The notes under the pieces were generated by a model. The model saw only the letters and a list, made by a program, of their open reading frames with translations, was not told where the DNA came from and ran no database searches. From positions 5,950 through 69,949 of the forward strand of contig CAJWRJ010000002.1 of the NCBI GenBank assembly GCA_913046215.1: a stretch of DNA of 64,000 bases. The letters are read 5' to 3'. The stretch comes from an uncultured Legionellales bacterium. Its GTDB lineage: Bacteria; Pseudomonadota; Gammaproteobacteria; Eutrophobiales; Eutrophobiaceae. Of this stretch, positions 43,524 to 54,123 are shown one piece after another. The position numbers and the translations under genes are program-made. The number at the start of each line of letters is the position of its first letter. Within the stretch, counting starts at the first letter, position 1.

Positions 43524-44495
43524 ATGCAAATATTATTAGCAAATCCACGTGGATTTTGTGCTGGAGTCGACCGAGCAATCGAAATTGTTGAGAGAGCACT
43601 CGATTTGTTTGGAGCCCCTGTTTATGTGCGTCATGAGGTTGTCCACAATAAGTATGTTGTAAATTCACTTCGTGACAAAGGCGCAATATTTGTTGAGGAG
43701 CTTGATGAAGTTCCTGATGAAGCGACAGTTATATTCAGTGCTCATGGTGTGTCAAAAGCAGTTCGTGATGTTGCAGCTCGGAGAGGGCTTAGGGTGTTTG
43801 ATGCTATCTGTCCTCTTGTAACTAAAGTACATATGGAAGTTGGTAAATATCAGGACGAGGAAAGAGAATGTATTTTGATTGGTCATGAAGGACATCCTGA
43901 GGTTGAGGGAACTGTTGGGCAGTACCAGCCTAAAAGTGGGAAGGGTGGAATGTACATTGTTGAATCAGTTGAAGATGTAATGAAGTTGAAAGTTAAAAAC
44001 CCAGATTTTTTGGCTTTTGTTACACAAACAACATTATCAATGGATGATACATCAGAAGTTATTGATGCATTAAAAACACGTTTTCCAAATATCGATGGAC
44101 CAAAAAAGAAAGATATATGTTACGCGACACAAAATCGACAGGATGCTGTAAAAAAACTTGTAAAGGAGTGTGATTTAATTTTAGTTGTTGGATCACCAAA
44201 TAGTTCAAATTCATCACGACTGATGGAAATATCACAAAAAGCAGGAGTGCCTGCATATCTTATCGATGATGCCAAGGAAATCCAAGATCACTGGTTGGAT
44301 AGTAAAAAGAATATTGGCTTAACAGCGGGCGCATCCGCTCCGGAAATACTTGTTGAAGAGGTGATAACAAAATTAAAAAAATTTGGTGCTAATATTGTTA
44401 AAGAGTCTCCAGGAATTAAGGAGAGTGTTGTTTTCTCTCTACCAAGAGAATTAACTGAAAAAAGTAAAAGAAATAGTGTAAAAATCAATTTTTAA
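43524..44495 (+). CDS. ispH: 4-hydroxy-3-methylbut-2-enyl diphosphate reductase
   Basis: LytB N-terminus ([16 protein letters not shown]) and the conserved Cys and His residues. Position after lspA, as in E. coli. Confidence 0.92.
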   Translation: MQILLANPRGFCAGVDRAIEIVERALDLFGAPVYVRHEVVHNKYVVNSLRDKGAIFVEELDEVPDEATVIFSAHGVSKAVRDVAARRGLRVFDAICPLVTKVHMEVGKYQDEERECILIGHEGHPEVEGTVGQYQPKSGKGGMYIVESVEDVMKLKVKNPDFLAFVTQTTLSMDDTSEVIDALKTRFPNIDGPKKKDICYATQNRQDAVKKLVKECDLILVVGSPNSSNSSRLMEISQKAGVPAYLIDDAKEIQDHWLDSKKNIGLTAGASAPEILVEEVITKLKKFGANIVKESPGIKESVVFSLPRELTEKSKRNSVKINF

Positions 44496-44552
44496 AATCT
44501 AATTTGTATTTAGTTTTTTTATCTCACCTTATAGCTATAGTTTAATGCTTCT

Positions 44553-45638
44553 ATGAAATACGATTATATTGTTATCGGTGGCGGTGTCATTGGAATGACA
44601 ACATCACGGGAAATTGCAGCTCGCGGTGCGTCTATCGCAATTATAGATCGTCAAAATTTTGGTAATGGAGCATCAAAAGTTGCCGGTGGTATTTTGTCAT
44701 CTATGCGACCTTGGGATGAGAATATTGATTCCCATAAACTTTCCGAGGAATCAAAAAAAAATTATTCAGAATTTATTTTTAAACTTCAAGAAGAATCAGG
44801 GATAAATGTTGAATTCATTAAATCTGGGCTAATTATAATGAATGAAGAGCATTCTGAAAAAACAAAAAAATGGGCAATTAATAATGACATTAAATTAACA
44901 CAAGAAATTGATAATAATTACCCTGAGATCAATATTCCCTCATACTCGATTTTACTTCCAGAAATCTATCAGATTCGTCCGCCACTTCTATTAAATGCGT
45001 TACATAAAAGTTTACAAAAAAAATCGGTAGATATGTTTGAAAATTCTAATATTTCCAATATAGAAATTATAGATAATAAATTTCGATGCATCACACTTGA
45101 CAGCGGAGAGAAAATTTATGCTGATAATCTGATAATTACAGCTGGTGCTTGGACTGATCTATTATTAAAGAAAATTAAAACTTCAGCGAATATAAAACCA
45201 ATTAGAGGGCAGATGCTCTGTGTCAAATTAAAAAATTTGACAATCAATAGTATAATTTTAGATGAAGGAAATTATTTAATTCCAAGGTTGGATGGGCATG
45301 TATTGGTAGGCAGCACAATGGAAGATGTGGGTTTCATGAACAAAACAACACAAATAGCAAAAGATGAACTATTAAATTGGATGTATTCCATAATAGCTGA
45401 TAAGAAGAAGATAGATGTTTTAGATCATTGGAGTGGATTACGCCCAGCTGTCGATATTGGAAAGCCTGTTATTGGAAATATTCCTGATTTTGAAAATATA
45501 TTCATCAATACCGGTCACTTTAGAAAGGGAATACTTCAAGCGCCAGCCTCTGCTCAATTACTAGCAGACTATCTATTTAAAAATACATCTTTTATGGATA
45601 TTGATAGATTTAGCCTTGGAACAATAGAAAAAATATAA
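44553..45638 (+). CDS. thiO: FAD-dependent glycine oxidase-like enzyme (ThiO/DAO family)
   Basis: GxGxxG dinucleotide fold (VIGGGVIGMTTS). C-terminus collinear with B. subtilis ThiO (GHFRKGILQAPASAQLLADYL vs GHFRNGILLAPATGALISDLI). Confidence 0.55.
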   Translation: MKYDYIVIGGGVIGMTTSREIAARGASIAIIDRQNFGNGASKVAGGILSSMRPWDENIDSHKLSEESKKNYSEFIFKLQEESGINVEFIKSGLIIMNEEHSEKTKKWAINNDIKLTQEIDNNYPEINIPSYSILLPEIYQIRPPLLLNALHKSLQKKSVDMFENSNISNIEIIDNKFRCITLDSGEKIYADNLIITAGAWTDLLLKKIKTSANIKPIRGQMLCVKLKNLTINSIILDEGNYLIPRLDGHVLVGSTMEDVGFMNKTTQIAKDELLNWMYSIIADKKKIDVLDHWSGLRPAVDIGKPVIGNIPDFENIFINTGHFRKGILQAPASAQLLADYLFKNTSFMDIDRFSLGTIEKI

Positions 45639-45711
45639 AAAATAGCGTAATAGATGATAATCACTCTTATTTCGACTCCACATTTTTAAATGCATCTAAT
45701 ATAATAACTTC

Positions 45712-46143
45712 ATGAAAAGTATCTTAAATGACACAAATATGAGTAAAGAATCAGCCCGAAGGGTTCTGAGCCAATATCATATTAAGCCAACAGCCCAACG
45801 ATTAGATATCGCAAGAATCACTTTATATAAAGACCAACATCTTTCAGCAGAAGATGTAATTATGCGGCTGAATAGCAATACAGATGGTATTTCAAGAGCA
45901 ACTGTTTACAACACTTTGAATTTGTTTGTTGATAAAGGGCTTTTGAGGCGCGTTATAATTGATTCGTCAAAGATCTATTATGATTCAAAAACAAAACCAC
46001 ACTCTCATTATTTTAATGTAGACACCGGTGAAATATTAGATTTTGAATTTGATGATATAAAGATAGAACCTTCACTTGATTTACCTAAAAACACTCTTAA
46101 AGAAGGTGTTGACGTGGTAATTCGAATTAAAAATTCAAAATAG
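45712..46143 (+). CDS. Fur-family transcriptional regulator (atypical, lacks the Cys pairs and most His of the metal sites)
   Basis: Winged-helix region aligns to Fur (HLSAEDVIMRL / ISRATVYNTLNLFVDKGLLRRV vs HVSAEDLYKRL / IGLATVYRVLNQFDDAGIVTR). HHDH is replaced by HSHY, and there is no CxxC. Confidence 0.55.
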   Translation: MKSILNDTNMSKESARRVLSQYHIKPTAQRLDIARITLYKDQHLSAEDVIMRLNSNTDGISRATVYNTLNLFVDKGLLRRVIIDSSKIYYDSKTKPHSHYFNVDTGEILDFEFDDIKIEPSLDLPKNTLKEGVDVVIRIKNSK

Positions 46144-46183
46144 TATTTGTCAGAAAAATAAATTATAAAAATATGAGGTTATA

Positions 46184-47455
46184 ATGAAATTAGAAACAAT
46201 AGCTGTCCACGGTGGTTATACGCCAGAACCTACAACTAAATCAGTTGCTGTTCCAATTTATCAAACTACATCATATGCTTTTGATGATACTCAGCACGGT
46301 GCTGATTTGTTTGATTTAAAAGTAGCTGGAAATATTTACACACGCATTATGAACCCGACAACGGCGGTTCTTGAACAACGTGTTGCAGAAATGGAAGGCG
46401 GTATAGCTTCATTAGGATTATCTTCTGGCATGGCTGCAATTAATTATGCAATTCAAACAATTGCTGAATCTGGCGATAATATTATTTCAACGAGTAGTTT
46501 GTATGGGGGAACCTATAATTTATTTGCTCATACTTTTCCGCAAATGGGTATAGAGGTACGTTTTATTGATGCGCCAAATTATGAAGATATCGCAAAACTA
46601 GCAGACGAAAAAACAAAGGCTGTTTTTTGTGAGTCTATAGGTAATCCCGCAGGTAATGTTGCTGATCTTAGTAAAATTTCTGAGATAGCCCATGAACAAG
46701 GATTTCCTGTTATTGTTGATAATACAGTACCAACTCCATACCTATGTCGACCATTTGAATATGGGTGCGATATTGTTGTTCATTCATTAACAAAGTATAT
46801 GGGTGGTCACGGAAGCAATATTGGCGGAGTTCTTGTTGATTCAGGTAAATTTCCATGGGCAGAACATGCAAGTCGTTTTAAGAGATTAAACGAACCTGAC
46901 CCTTCTTATCATGGAGTTGTTTACACTGAAGCCTTGGGTGAGGCAGCATATATCGGTCGAGCTCGTGTTGTGCCACTAAGAAATACTGGTTCTGCAATAT
47001 CTCCAATGAATAGTTTCATGATACTTCAGGGTATTGAAACACTACCTGTAAGAATGGATCGTCATTGCGAGAACGCAGTTAAAGTAGCTGACTATCTAAC
47101 AAAACATAAAAAAGTAGATTGGGTAAGATACGCCGGATTATCTGATCATCAAGATTATAAATTACTTGAAAAATATTGTGATGGTAAGGCCGCTGGTATA
47201 TTAAGTTTCGGAATTAAAGGTGGTAGCGAGGCTGGTACAAAATTTATAGATGCCTTGGAGCTAGTTACACGTCTTGTGAATATAGGTGATGCAAAGTCGC
47301 TCGCATGTCACCCAGCTACAACAACACATCGACAGTTATCACCAGAGGAGTTAGTGAAAGCGGGAGTTTCTGATGATCTAGTTAGGTTATCTATAGGTAT
47401 CGAGCATATAGATGATTTATTGAGTGATATTGAACAGGCTTTATCAAAAGCGTAA
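46184..47455 (+). CDS. metY: O-acetylhomoserine (thiol)-lyase / O-acetylhomoserine sulfhydrylase
   Basis: PLP-dependent Cys/Met-metabolism fold with the Schiff-base lysine in SLTKYMGGHG. 423 aa. Confidence 0.85.
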   Translation: MKLETIAVHGGYTPEPTTKSVAVPIYQTTSYAFDDTQHGADLFDLKVAGNIYTRIMNPTTAVLEQRVAEMEGGIASLGLSSGMAAINYAIQTIAESGDNIISTSSLYGGTYNLFAHTFPQMGIEVRFIDAPNYEDIAKLADEKTKAVFCESIGNPAGNVADLSKISEIAHEQGFPVIVDNTVPTPYLCRPFEYGCDIVVHSLTKYMGGHGSNIGGVLVDSGKFPWAEHASRFKRLNEPDPSYHGVVYTEALGEAAYIGRARVVPLRNTGSAISPMNSFMILQGIETLPVRMDRHCENAVKVADYLTKHKKVDWVRYAGLSDHQDYKLLEKYCDGKAAGILSFGIKGGSEAGTKFIDALELVTRLVNIGDAKSLACHPATTTHRQLSPEELVKAGVSDDLVRLSIGIEHIDDLLSDIEQALSKA

Positions 47456-47493
47456 TAATTGGAACTCTCTGGTTAAGTCGCACTCATAGATGC

Positions 47494-47958
47494 ATGCGAC
47501 TGTTTTTCTTATTTCTTTTGATACTTACATTAGTATCTTGCTCTCAGTATGAGAATCCAAAATCCTTTTTTGACAAAGGTAATTACAAAAAAGCTTTTTC
47601 TTTGTGGTTGCCGCTTGCAAATGATGGTGATTCATTCGCTCAAAATTACATTGGTATACAATACTATCTTGGTTTAGGTATAGATCGAAATTTGGGTTTG
47701 GCAAAAAAATGGTTCGAAAAAGCATCGATAGGTGGTTCCGCGGATGCTCAACATAATCTTGGCCTCATGTATGAAAATGGCGATTACCTTGAACAGGATT
47801 TGATTGTTGCCTCAATGTGGTTTTACGTTGCATCTCAAAATGGTAGTACTAATGCAAAAAAAAGAATTCAAAGATTATTAAATGACGATAAAATTTTTCC
47901 TAATCAATATAATCATGCTAAAGAGTTAGCAAAACAATATTTGTCTGTAGAAAACTAA
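47494..47958 (+). CDS. Sel1-repeat (TPR-like) lipoprotein
   Basis: Lipobox signal peptide (LTLVSC). Repeated xGxxYxxGxGxxxNxxxAxxWFxKAA-type Sel1 units. Confidence 0.7.
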   Translation: MRLFFLFLLILTLVSCSQYENPKSFFDKGNYKKAFSLWLPLANDGDSFAQNYIGIQYYLGLGIDRNLGLAKKWFEKASIGGSADAQHNLGLMYENGDYLEQDLIVASMWFYVASQNGSTNAKKRIQRLLNDDKIFPNQYNHAKELAKQYLSVEN

Positions 47959-47960
47959 AA

Positions 47961-49385
47961 TTAGTTATTTTTTTTTATTGAGGCAAATGCTGCTAATGCA
48001 ATTTCCCTTGATTCTGAAACAATAACAATAGGTTTTGGGTAATCAACACCAAGTTCGATTCCGGCAGTCGATAATATTTCCTTTGGCGCTTCCCAGGGGC
48101 AGAAAAGATACTTATCTGGTATTTTTTCAAGCTCAGGCAAATACTGACGAGTGTAAGTGCCAGCAGCATCAAACTTATTACCCTGTGTAATGGGATTAAA
48201 TATTCTAAAGTAGGGTGCTGCATCAGCTCCACAACCTGCAACCCACTGCCAACTTGCACTATTATTTGCAAGATCGGCATCAACCAAGCAATCCCAAAAC
48301 CATCTTTCACCGTAGCGCCAGTCAATAAGAAGATTTTTTACTAAAAAGGATCCAACTACCATTCTAATACGATTATGAATATAACCTGTTTGCCAAAGCT
48401 CTCTCATCCCAGCATCAACAATTGGAAAACCAGTTTTTCCTTGTTTCCATGCTTCTAGTTTTATTTTATCTTGTTTCCATGGAAAGGAATCAAATTTATT
48501 TTGTAAATTTTTATGAGGTAGATTGGGAAAATGATATAGAAGACTATATGAAAATTCTCTCCAACCAAGTTCACTTAGAAAATGATCTTTATCATTTACA
48601 TCACAGTCACTACTAACTTTCGCTGCGTACCAGATTTGATTAGGCGATACTTCACCAAAATGCATGTGTGGAGAAAGGCGAGATACATTATGTTTTGCAG
48701 GAAAATTTCTGCCATTCTTGTATCCATTTAATCCTTTATTAATAAATTTTTTAAGTTTATTTTGTGCTGCATCCTCACCAATCTGCCAATGATTTAGAAT
48801 TTTTTCACCCCATGATATTTTCGGCAAAAGATCTAATTCTTTTAGAGTTTTCGAGTATTTACTATCAGCAACTACATTTAATTTATTGGGTGTTGGTAGA
48901 GGTTCTCTTGGTGGGTTTGCTTTTGTACAACCCTTACGGAAGAAGGGCGTGAAGACTTTATATGGTGTGCCATCATCTTTTAGTGTTTCCCATGGCTCCC
49001 AAAGCAAGGATCCATTGAATGTATTAACTGTTATATTTTTTCCTTTTAATATTTCTTTAATATTTTTATCTCGATCTATTCTCCATTTTTCATAACAACG
49101 ATTCCAATAAATTTGGTTTATATTATATTCATCTATTAGTTCTAGAATTATTTTTAATGGATTACCAATATAAAAAGAAAGTTTATTTTTTAAACTCTCA
49201 TCAAGTGAATCAAGCGAATAGTGCAGCCAACATTTACTTGCTGATCCCATAGCGTGATCTTTTGAATTTTCAATATCGTGGATATATATAGGAAGTATAT
49301 TACCGGCTTTTGAGGCTTCTGTGAGTGCTGGATTATCTGATATTCGCAGATCCTTTCTAAACCAAAATATTTTTGTATTATTCAT
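47961..49385 (-). CDS. phrB: deoxyribodipyrimidine photolyase (class I CPD photolyase/cryptochrome family)
   Basis: N-terminal photolyase domain (IFWFRKDLRISDNPAL) and a C-terminal FAD-binding domain with the W-rich electron-transfer region. Confidence 0.85.
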   Translation of the reverse strand: MNNTKIFWFRKDLRISDNPALTEASKAGNILPIYIHDIENSKDHAMGSASKCWLHYSLDSLDESLKNKLSFYIGNPLKIILELIDEYNINQIYWNRCYEKWRIDRDKNIKEILKGKNITVNTFNGSLLWEPWETLKDDGTPYKVFTPFFRKGCTKANPPREPLPTPNKLNVVADSKYSKTLKELDLLPKISWGEKILNHWQIGEDAAQNKLKKFINKGLNGYKNGRNFPAKHNVSRLSPHMHFGEVSPNQIWYAAKVSSDCDVNDKDHFLSELGWREFSYSLLYHFPNLPHKNLQNKFDSFPWKQDKIKLEAWKQGKTGFPIVDAGMRELWQTGYIHNRIRMVVGSFLVKNLLIDWRYGERWFWDCLVDADLANNSASWQWVAGCGADAAPYFRIFNPITQGNKFDAAGTYTRQYLPELEKIPDKYLFCPWEAPKEILSTAGIELGVDYPKPIVIVSESREIALAAFASIKKNN

Positions 49386-49450
49386 AACGTATTTTTTATA
49401 CTACTCACAAAAAATACTCAATAATAATTATTATTACCGAATAAGACGTC

Positions 49451-50740
49451 TTATAGAGATGCTGCTTCTGCTACTAATGTATTTTCAGAGCCAGATACCT
49501 GATCCCAGAAGTTTTTCATGTAATTGTCATCAAATCTAGAGATTGAAAACTCATCTATCTCATCAATAAAGACACCATCTCCTGTAATTGCATCTGCAAT
49601 TAATTCACCAAATACCGGGGCATATTTAAAGCCCTGTCCTGAGCCTAAACAATGAAATAGATTACCTACCTTGTCATCCTTACCAAGGATAAATTTAAGA
49701 TCTGGTGTGATATCAAAATAAGAACGATACCCAGAGCTATAAATTGAGTTTTCAAGTTCAGCGAACCTTTTTCTTGCGATATCTTCATAAATTCTTATTT
49801 GCCCATACCCAAGAGATTGGTTAGTTGGGTCATTTACTAAATCACCGCCGGTAATATGGAGCGGGTTTTCACTGAAGGTTCGTGCTATTTCCCTTGTGTT
49901 TCGATGTCTGGGTTGGTGCATGTGGATTTCACCGTTACGCCACAGTCTAAAGTATGCCAAATTCTTGTAGTCAGCAATGATTGGCATTTTGTAATCAATA
50001 TCAAATTGACTAGTTAGCCAATTGACTACGTTAACAGTTTCGATACTGACTGGTATGTTAATTCCTAAGCTATCAAAAATTGATGGACTCCAAGCTCCTG
50101 CTGCATTTACAACATTCTCACAACTTATATCACCATTATCAGTAAGAACTTTCGTAATCTTGCCATCATTACCAGTAACAAAACCCTTAACATTCGTTTT
50201 TTCTTTAATATCTATTTTATTTATTTTAATTGCTTCGTATAAGGCTCTTCTTACTTTTGTAGGATCAAATTGAATTGCCCCTGGCTCAAAATAAAATACC
50301 TCATCATCCTGCAAATTAACATTCTTCGTACATATTTCTTGAGCTTGATGTTTATCAATTTGACCAAATTGGATATCTAAATCCGATAACGATTCAGCAA
50401 GTTTAGTCCAGTCTTCATTTTTTCCGCTTCCTGTGTCACGCGCAATCCATATTGCGCCATTTGATTCGTATTCACACTGTACTCCCCAGATTGAAACAAG
50501 ATTTTTCCAATAGTCAGTTGCATTCTTTGCTAATTTTGCCGCTTTTTTTACTGCGTTTGCAGAGCGGACAATTCCTGAATGTCTTGCTGAAATACCTGAG
50601 CTAAGAACGGTTTTTTCAATCAAACATACTTTTTCGTTACTGTTGCCGTTCAGCTTTCGTAGGCGTTTTTGGGTGGATATCGCGCTGGCACAACCGAGGA
50701 TTCCTCCCCCGATGATTACCGTATTTACCGTATTTGTCAT
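49451..50740 (-). CDS. FAD-dependent oxidoreductase (DAO family; sarcosine/dimethylglycine-oxidase-like)
   Basis: N-terminal GxGxxG (VIIGGGILGCASA). 429 aa. Specific substrate not assignable by eye. Confidence 0.55.
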   Translation of the reverse strand: MTNTVNTVIIGGGILGCASAISTQKRLRKLNGNSNEKVCLIEKTVLSSGISARHSGIVRSANAVKKAAKLAKNATDYWKNLVSIWGVQCEYESNGAIWIARDTGSGKNEDWTKLAESLSDLDIQFGQIDKHQAQEICTKNVNLQDDEVFYFEPGAIQFDPTKVRRALYEAIKINKIDIKEKTNVKGFVTGNDGKITKVLTDNGDISCENVVNAAGAWSPSIFDSLGINIPVSIETVNVVNWLTSQFDIDYKMPIIADYKNLAYFRLWRNGEIHMHQPRHRNTREIARTFSENPLHITGGDLVNDPTNQSLGYGQIRIYEDIARKRFAELENSIYSSGYRSYFDITPDLKFILGKDDKVGNLFHCLGSGQGFKYAPVFGELIADAITGDGVFIDEIDEFSISRFDDNYMKNFWDQVSGSENTLVAEAASL

Positions 50741-50975
50741 AGAATAACTGCTGTTTTCGTATTGCCTGTGTCGTTGGCCCGTATTCTACGACATAAAATG
50801 ATTAGTACACAAATAATTTGTTCACTTAGTAATTTTAGAAAAACTAGTATTTTTGATATAAATATAATAAATTAATAAAATATTTATAAAATTCATATAG
50901 ATAGTGTAAATTCACATGAAAGGTTAGTTAAAAAAATAATAATTATTAGAGAATAGAAAAGGGAGAGGTGAGAGT

Positions 50976-52349
50976 ATGTCGAAGTCGACCGTCAGTGCTA
51001 CAAAAACTAAAGAGTATTTCAGTCGCTATATGGAAGGCGTTAAAAAACGTAATCCCGGTGAGTCGGAGTTTGTTCAAGCAGTTCATGAGGTTGCCTCAAC
51101 AGTATTCCCGTATATTTCTGACAAACCAATTTATCATGAAATGCAGATATTAGAGCGAATGGCTGAGCCAGAACGTGTCGTCTCATTTCGTGTACCGTGG
51201 ACCGATGATGATGGAAACATCAGAACGAATCGTGGTTGGCGTGTGCAATTCAATAGTGCGATCGGGCCCTACAAGGGTGGTTTACGTTTTCACCCCTCCG
51301 TTAATCAGAGCATTCTAAAATTTCTAGGATTCGAGCAGACTTTTAAAAATAGCTTAACAGGTCTTCCAATGGGTGGCGGTAAAGGGGGTGCGAACTTTAA
51401 CCCAAAGGGTAAATCTGAATTAGAGGTAATGCGTTTTTGTCAGAGTTTTATAACTGAACTTTTTCGACATATCGGACAAGATACTGATGTTCCAGCTGGA
51501 GATATTGGAGTTGGCGCCCGTGAGATAGGTTTTATGTTTGGTCAATACAAGCGAATCACCAATCAATTTGTTGGGATCCTAACAGGTAAGGGGCTTTCAT
51601 TTGGCGGTTCAAAAATGCGTACCGAAGCAACTGGCTATGGCGCAATATTTTTTGCACAAAATATGTTGCAGCAAATAAAAGAGGATGTTGATGGTAAGAG
51701 AGTTTTAATATCTGGTTCAGGTAATGTCGCAACACATGCAGCGGAGAAGGTGCTTCAGTTAGGCGGCAAACCTATTACATTGTCCGACTCCGGCGGATTT
51801 ATTGAATGTTCAGATGGATTAACGCAAGAACAGATCGACTGGATAAAAGAATTAAAAGATGTGAGAAGAGGGCGTATATCAGAAGCTGCTGATGAGTTTG
51901 CAAATATTAACTTTCATGCAGATAAAAGACCATGGGGTGTTGGCGCTGATTTGGCGGTACCCTCGGCAACACAAAATGAAATTAATGGAGATGATGCCGC
52001 AGCAATGATCAAGAATGGTATTCAGCTTGTTGCAGAAGCAGCTAATATGCCATGTGAACAGAAAGCGGTTGATGCATTTATTGATGCAGGCGTTAATTTT
52101 GGTCCAGCCAAAGCAGTTAATGCTGGCGGTGTTGGTGTATCTGGTCTCGAGATGAGCCAGAATAGCGCTCGAATTGCGTGGGATGAGAAACAGCTGGCAG
52201 ATATGTTGCAATCAATGATGAAAAATATACATGATAGCTGTGTTGAGTATGGCGAAGAATCCGGAGGTAAAGTGAATTATTTAAGAGGCGCTAATATTGC
52301 AGGATTTGTAAAAGTGGCCGAGGCTATGCTGTCATACGGGCATGTTTAA
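50976..52349 (+). CDS. gdhA: NADP-specific glutamate dehydrogenase
   Basis: Catalytic GGGKGG lysine box (PMGGGKGGANF), Rossmann motif GSGNVA and hexameric GDH layout. 457 aa. GGAG Shine-Dalgarno. Confidence 0.9.
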   Translation: MSKSTVSATKTKEYFSRYMEGVKKRNPGESEFVQAVHEVASTVFPYISDKPIYHEMQILERMAEPERVVSFRVPWTDDDGNIRTNRGWRVQFNSAIGPYKGGLRFHPSVNQSILKFLGFEQTFKNSLTGLPMGGGKGGANFNPKGKSELEVMRFCQSFITELFRHIGQDTDVPAGDIGVGAREIGFMFGQYKRITNQFVGILTGKGLSFGGSKMRTEATGYGAIFFAQNMLQQIKEDVDGKRVLISGSGNVATHAAEKVLQLGGKPITLSDSGGFIECSDGLTQEQIDWIKELKDVRRGRISEAADEFANINFHADKRPWGVGADLAVPSATQNEINGDDAAAMIKNGIQLVAEAANMPCEQKAVDAFIDAGVNFGPAKAVNAGGVGVSGLEMSQNSARIAWDEKQLADMLQSMMKNIHDSCVEYGEESGGKVNYLRGANIAGFVKVAEAMLSYGHV

Positions 52350-52410
52350 TTTTTGTAATTAACAAATAATTATTAATTGAGAATAAAAAAAACATCATGG
52401 AGGTGAAGTT

Positions 52411-54072
52411 TTGAAAGCATCTGATTTATTTGTCCGTTGTTTAGAAGCAGAGGGTGTAGAAAAAATTTTTGGGGTACCTGGAGAAGAGAATGCTGACTTC
52501 ATGATTTCTCTGATTGATAGTCCGATAGAATTTGTACTATGTCGTCATGAGCAGGCGGCTGCATTTATGGCTGACGGGTACGGACGCTTAACAGGGAAGG
52601 CAGGGGTTTGTCTCTCAACATTAGGTCCAGGCGTTACTAATCTAGTCACTGGATTAGCCGATGCTAATATGGATAGAGCACCAACCGTTGCTATTATTGG
52701 TCAGGCAAGTACAAGCCGACTTCATAAAGAAAGTCATCAGAATATGGATTCAATAAGAATGTTAAGACCTATAAGTAAATGGGCTCATAGCATATATAAA
52801 CCCGATACAATCCCTGAAATGGTTAGAAAAGCTTTTAAAATTGCCGAGCAAGAAAAACCGGGAGTAACTGTACTCGAGTTACCAGAAGACATCGCAAAAA
52901 AGGAAGCCGAATCTCCGACATTAATTGAGCCACGTAAAACAAGACGTGCTGCTGCCGATCACAAAGCAGTGAAAGCAGCTGTTGATGCAATCATGAATGC
53001 AAAGAACCCTATTATATTGTCGGGTAATGGCGCTATTAGAAAACGTGCATCAAATCAATTAAGAAGGATGGCTGAAAAAACAGGCATTAGAGTTGTTAAT
53101 ACATTTATGGGGAAGGGCGCGGTATCAAGGAGTGATCCACATTGTTTATATACAATTGGTCTACAAGGGCAAGATCATGTTAATGCAGCTTTGTACGAGG
53201 CAGATGTGGTCGTTGCTATCGGATATGACCTTGTTGAATATGCCCCCAAACTTTGGAATAAACAGACAAAGAAAACAATAGTACACATTGATTTTTGGGC
53301 TGCTGAAATTGATGAGGATTATATCGTCGATGTGGAGGTGGTTTCTGATGTCGCTGATGCATTGTGGCAGATTAATGAATTACTTGATGCGGAATATAAA
53401 GACAAACTACCGCTATTTAAAATAGAAGATCATCAAACTTTAAGAAAAACAATCACTGACGATTTTGAAATGGAAAAGGATGACAAAACATTTCCAATGA
53501 AACCACAGAAGGTCCTCTGGGATATTCGTGAGGCATTAGAGCCATCAGATATATTATTGTCCGATGTTGGTGCTCATAAAATGTGGATTGCACGTTACTA
53601 CCAATGCGACGAACCCAATACCTGTCTTATTTCTAATGGTTTTTGCACGATGGGTTTCGCGTTTCCAGCTGGAATGGGCGCAAAATTTGCATTTCCTGAC
53701 ACACGTGTTGTTGCTGTTTGTGGCGATGCTGGTTTTTTAATGAATGTCCAAGATATTGAAACTGCCGTCAGACATAAACTCAATATAGTTACAGTAATTT
53801 TAATGGATGGTGAGTACGGTTTAATTAAATGGAAACAACAAAATCAATTTGAGGGGAAGCATTCCGAACTTAAATTTGATAACCCCGATTTTGCGATGTT
53901 GGCGCAATCATTTGGTGCATGGGGTAAAGTGATTTCATCTGCTGATGAATTTAAACCAGCACTTGAAGAAGCATTCAAACAAAATGGTCCAGCATTAATT
54001 GGAGTGCCGATTGATTATTCAGAGAATATGAAACTTACAAAGCGTCTAGGTGAATTACAGTTTACTATATAA
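52411..54072 (+). CDS. alsS: thiamine-diphosphate enzyme, catabolic acetolactate synthase (AlsS)-like
   Basis: TTG start 5 nt after GGAGGTG. Pyr and PP domains collinear with B. subtilis AlsS (IGYDLVEYAPKLWN vs IGYDPIEYDPKFWN). TPP-binding GDAGFLMN. Confidence 0.6.
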   Translation: MKASDLFVRCLEAEGVEKIFGVPGEENADFMISLIDSPIEFVLCRHEQAAAFMADGYGRLTGKAGVCLSTLGPGVTNLVTGLADANMDRAPTVAIIGQASTSRLHKESHQNMDSIRMLRPISKWAHSIYKPDTIPEMVRKAFKIAEQEKPGVTVLELPEDIAKKEAESPTLIEPRKTRRAAADHKAVKAAVDAIMNAKNPIILSGNGAIRKRASNQLRRMAEKTGIRVVNTFMGKGAVSRSDPHCLYTIGLQGQDHVNAALYEADVVVAIGYDLVEYAPKLWNKQTKKTIVHIDFWAAEIDEDYIVDVEVVSDVADALWQINELLDAEYKDKLPLFKIEDHQTLRKTITDDFEMEKDDKTFPMKPQKVLWDIREALEPSDILLSDVGAHKMWIARYYQCDEPNTCLISNGFCTMGFAFPAGMGAKFAFPDTRVVAVCGDAGFLMNVQDIETAVRHKLNIVTVILMDGEYGLIKWKQQNQFEGKHSELKFDNPDFAMLAQSFGAWGKVISSADEFKPALEEAFKQNGPALIGVPIDYSENMKLTKRLGELQFTI

Positions 54073-54123
54073 AGCATAAGTAGATAATTTAATTACCTCT
54101 TATGAAGTATAGTAACAATAACA

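Noticed and set aside
43524-44495. ispH as part of the hopanoid locus (it neighbours hpn genes in some organisms)
   Set aside because: Here it sits in the conserved housekeeping ileS-lspA-ispH context, 10 kb away from the hpn operons.
44496-44552. TPP riboswitch upstream of thiO, or SAM riboswitch upstream of metY
   Set aside because: The intergenic regions (57 and 40 nt) are far too short to hold either aptamer.
50809-50821. Palindrome ACAAATAATTTGT in the DAO-oxidoreductase/gdhA divergent region
   Set aside because: A 6-1-6 A/T palindrome is expected by chance in 235 bp of about 80% AT DNA, and no cognate regulator is adjacent.
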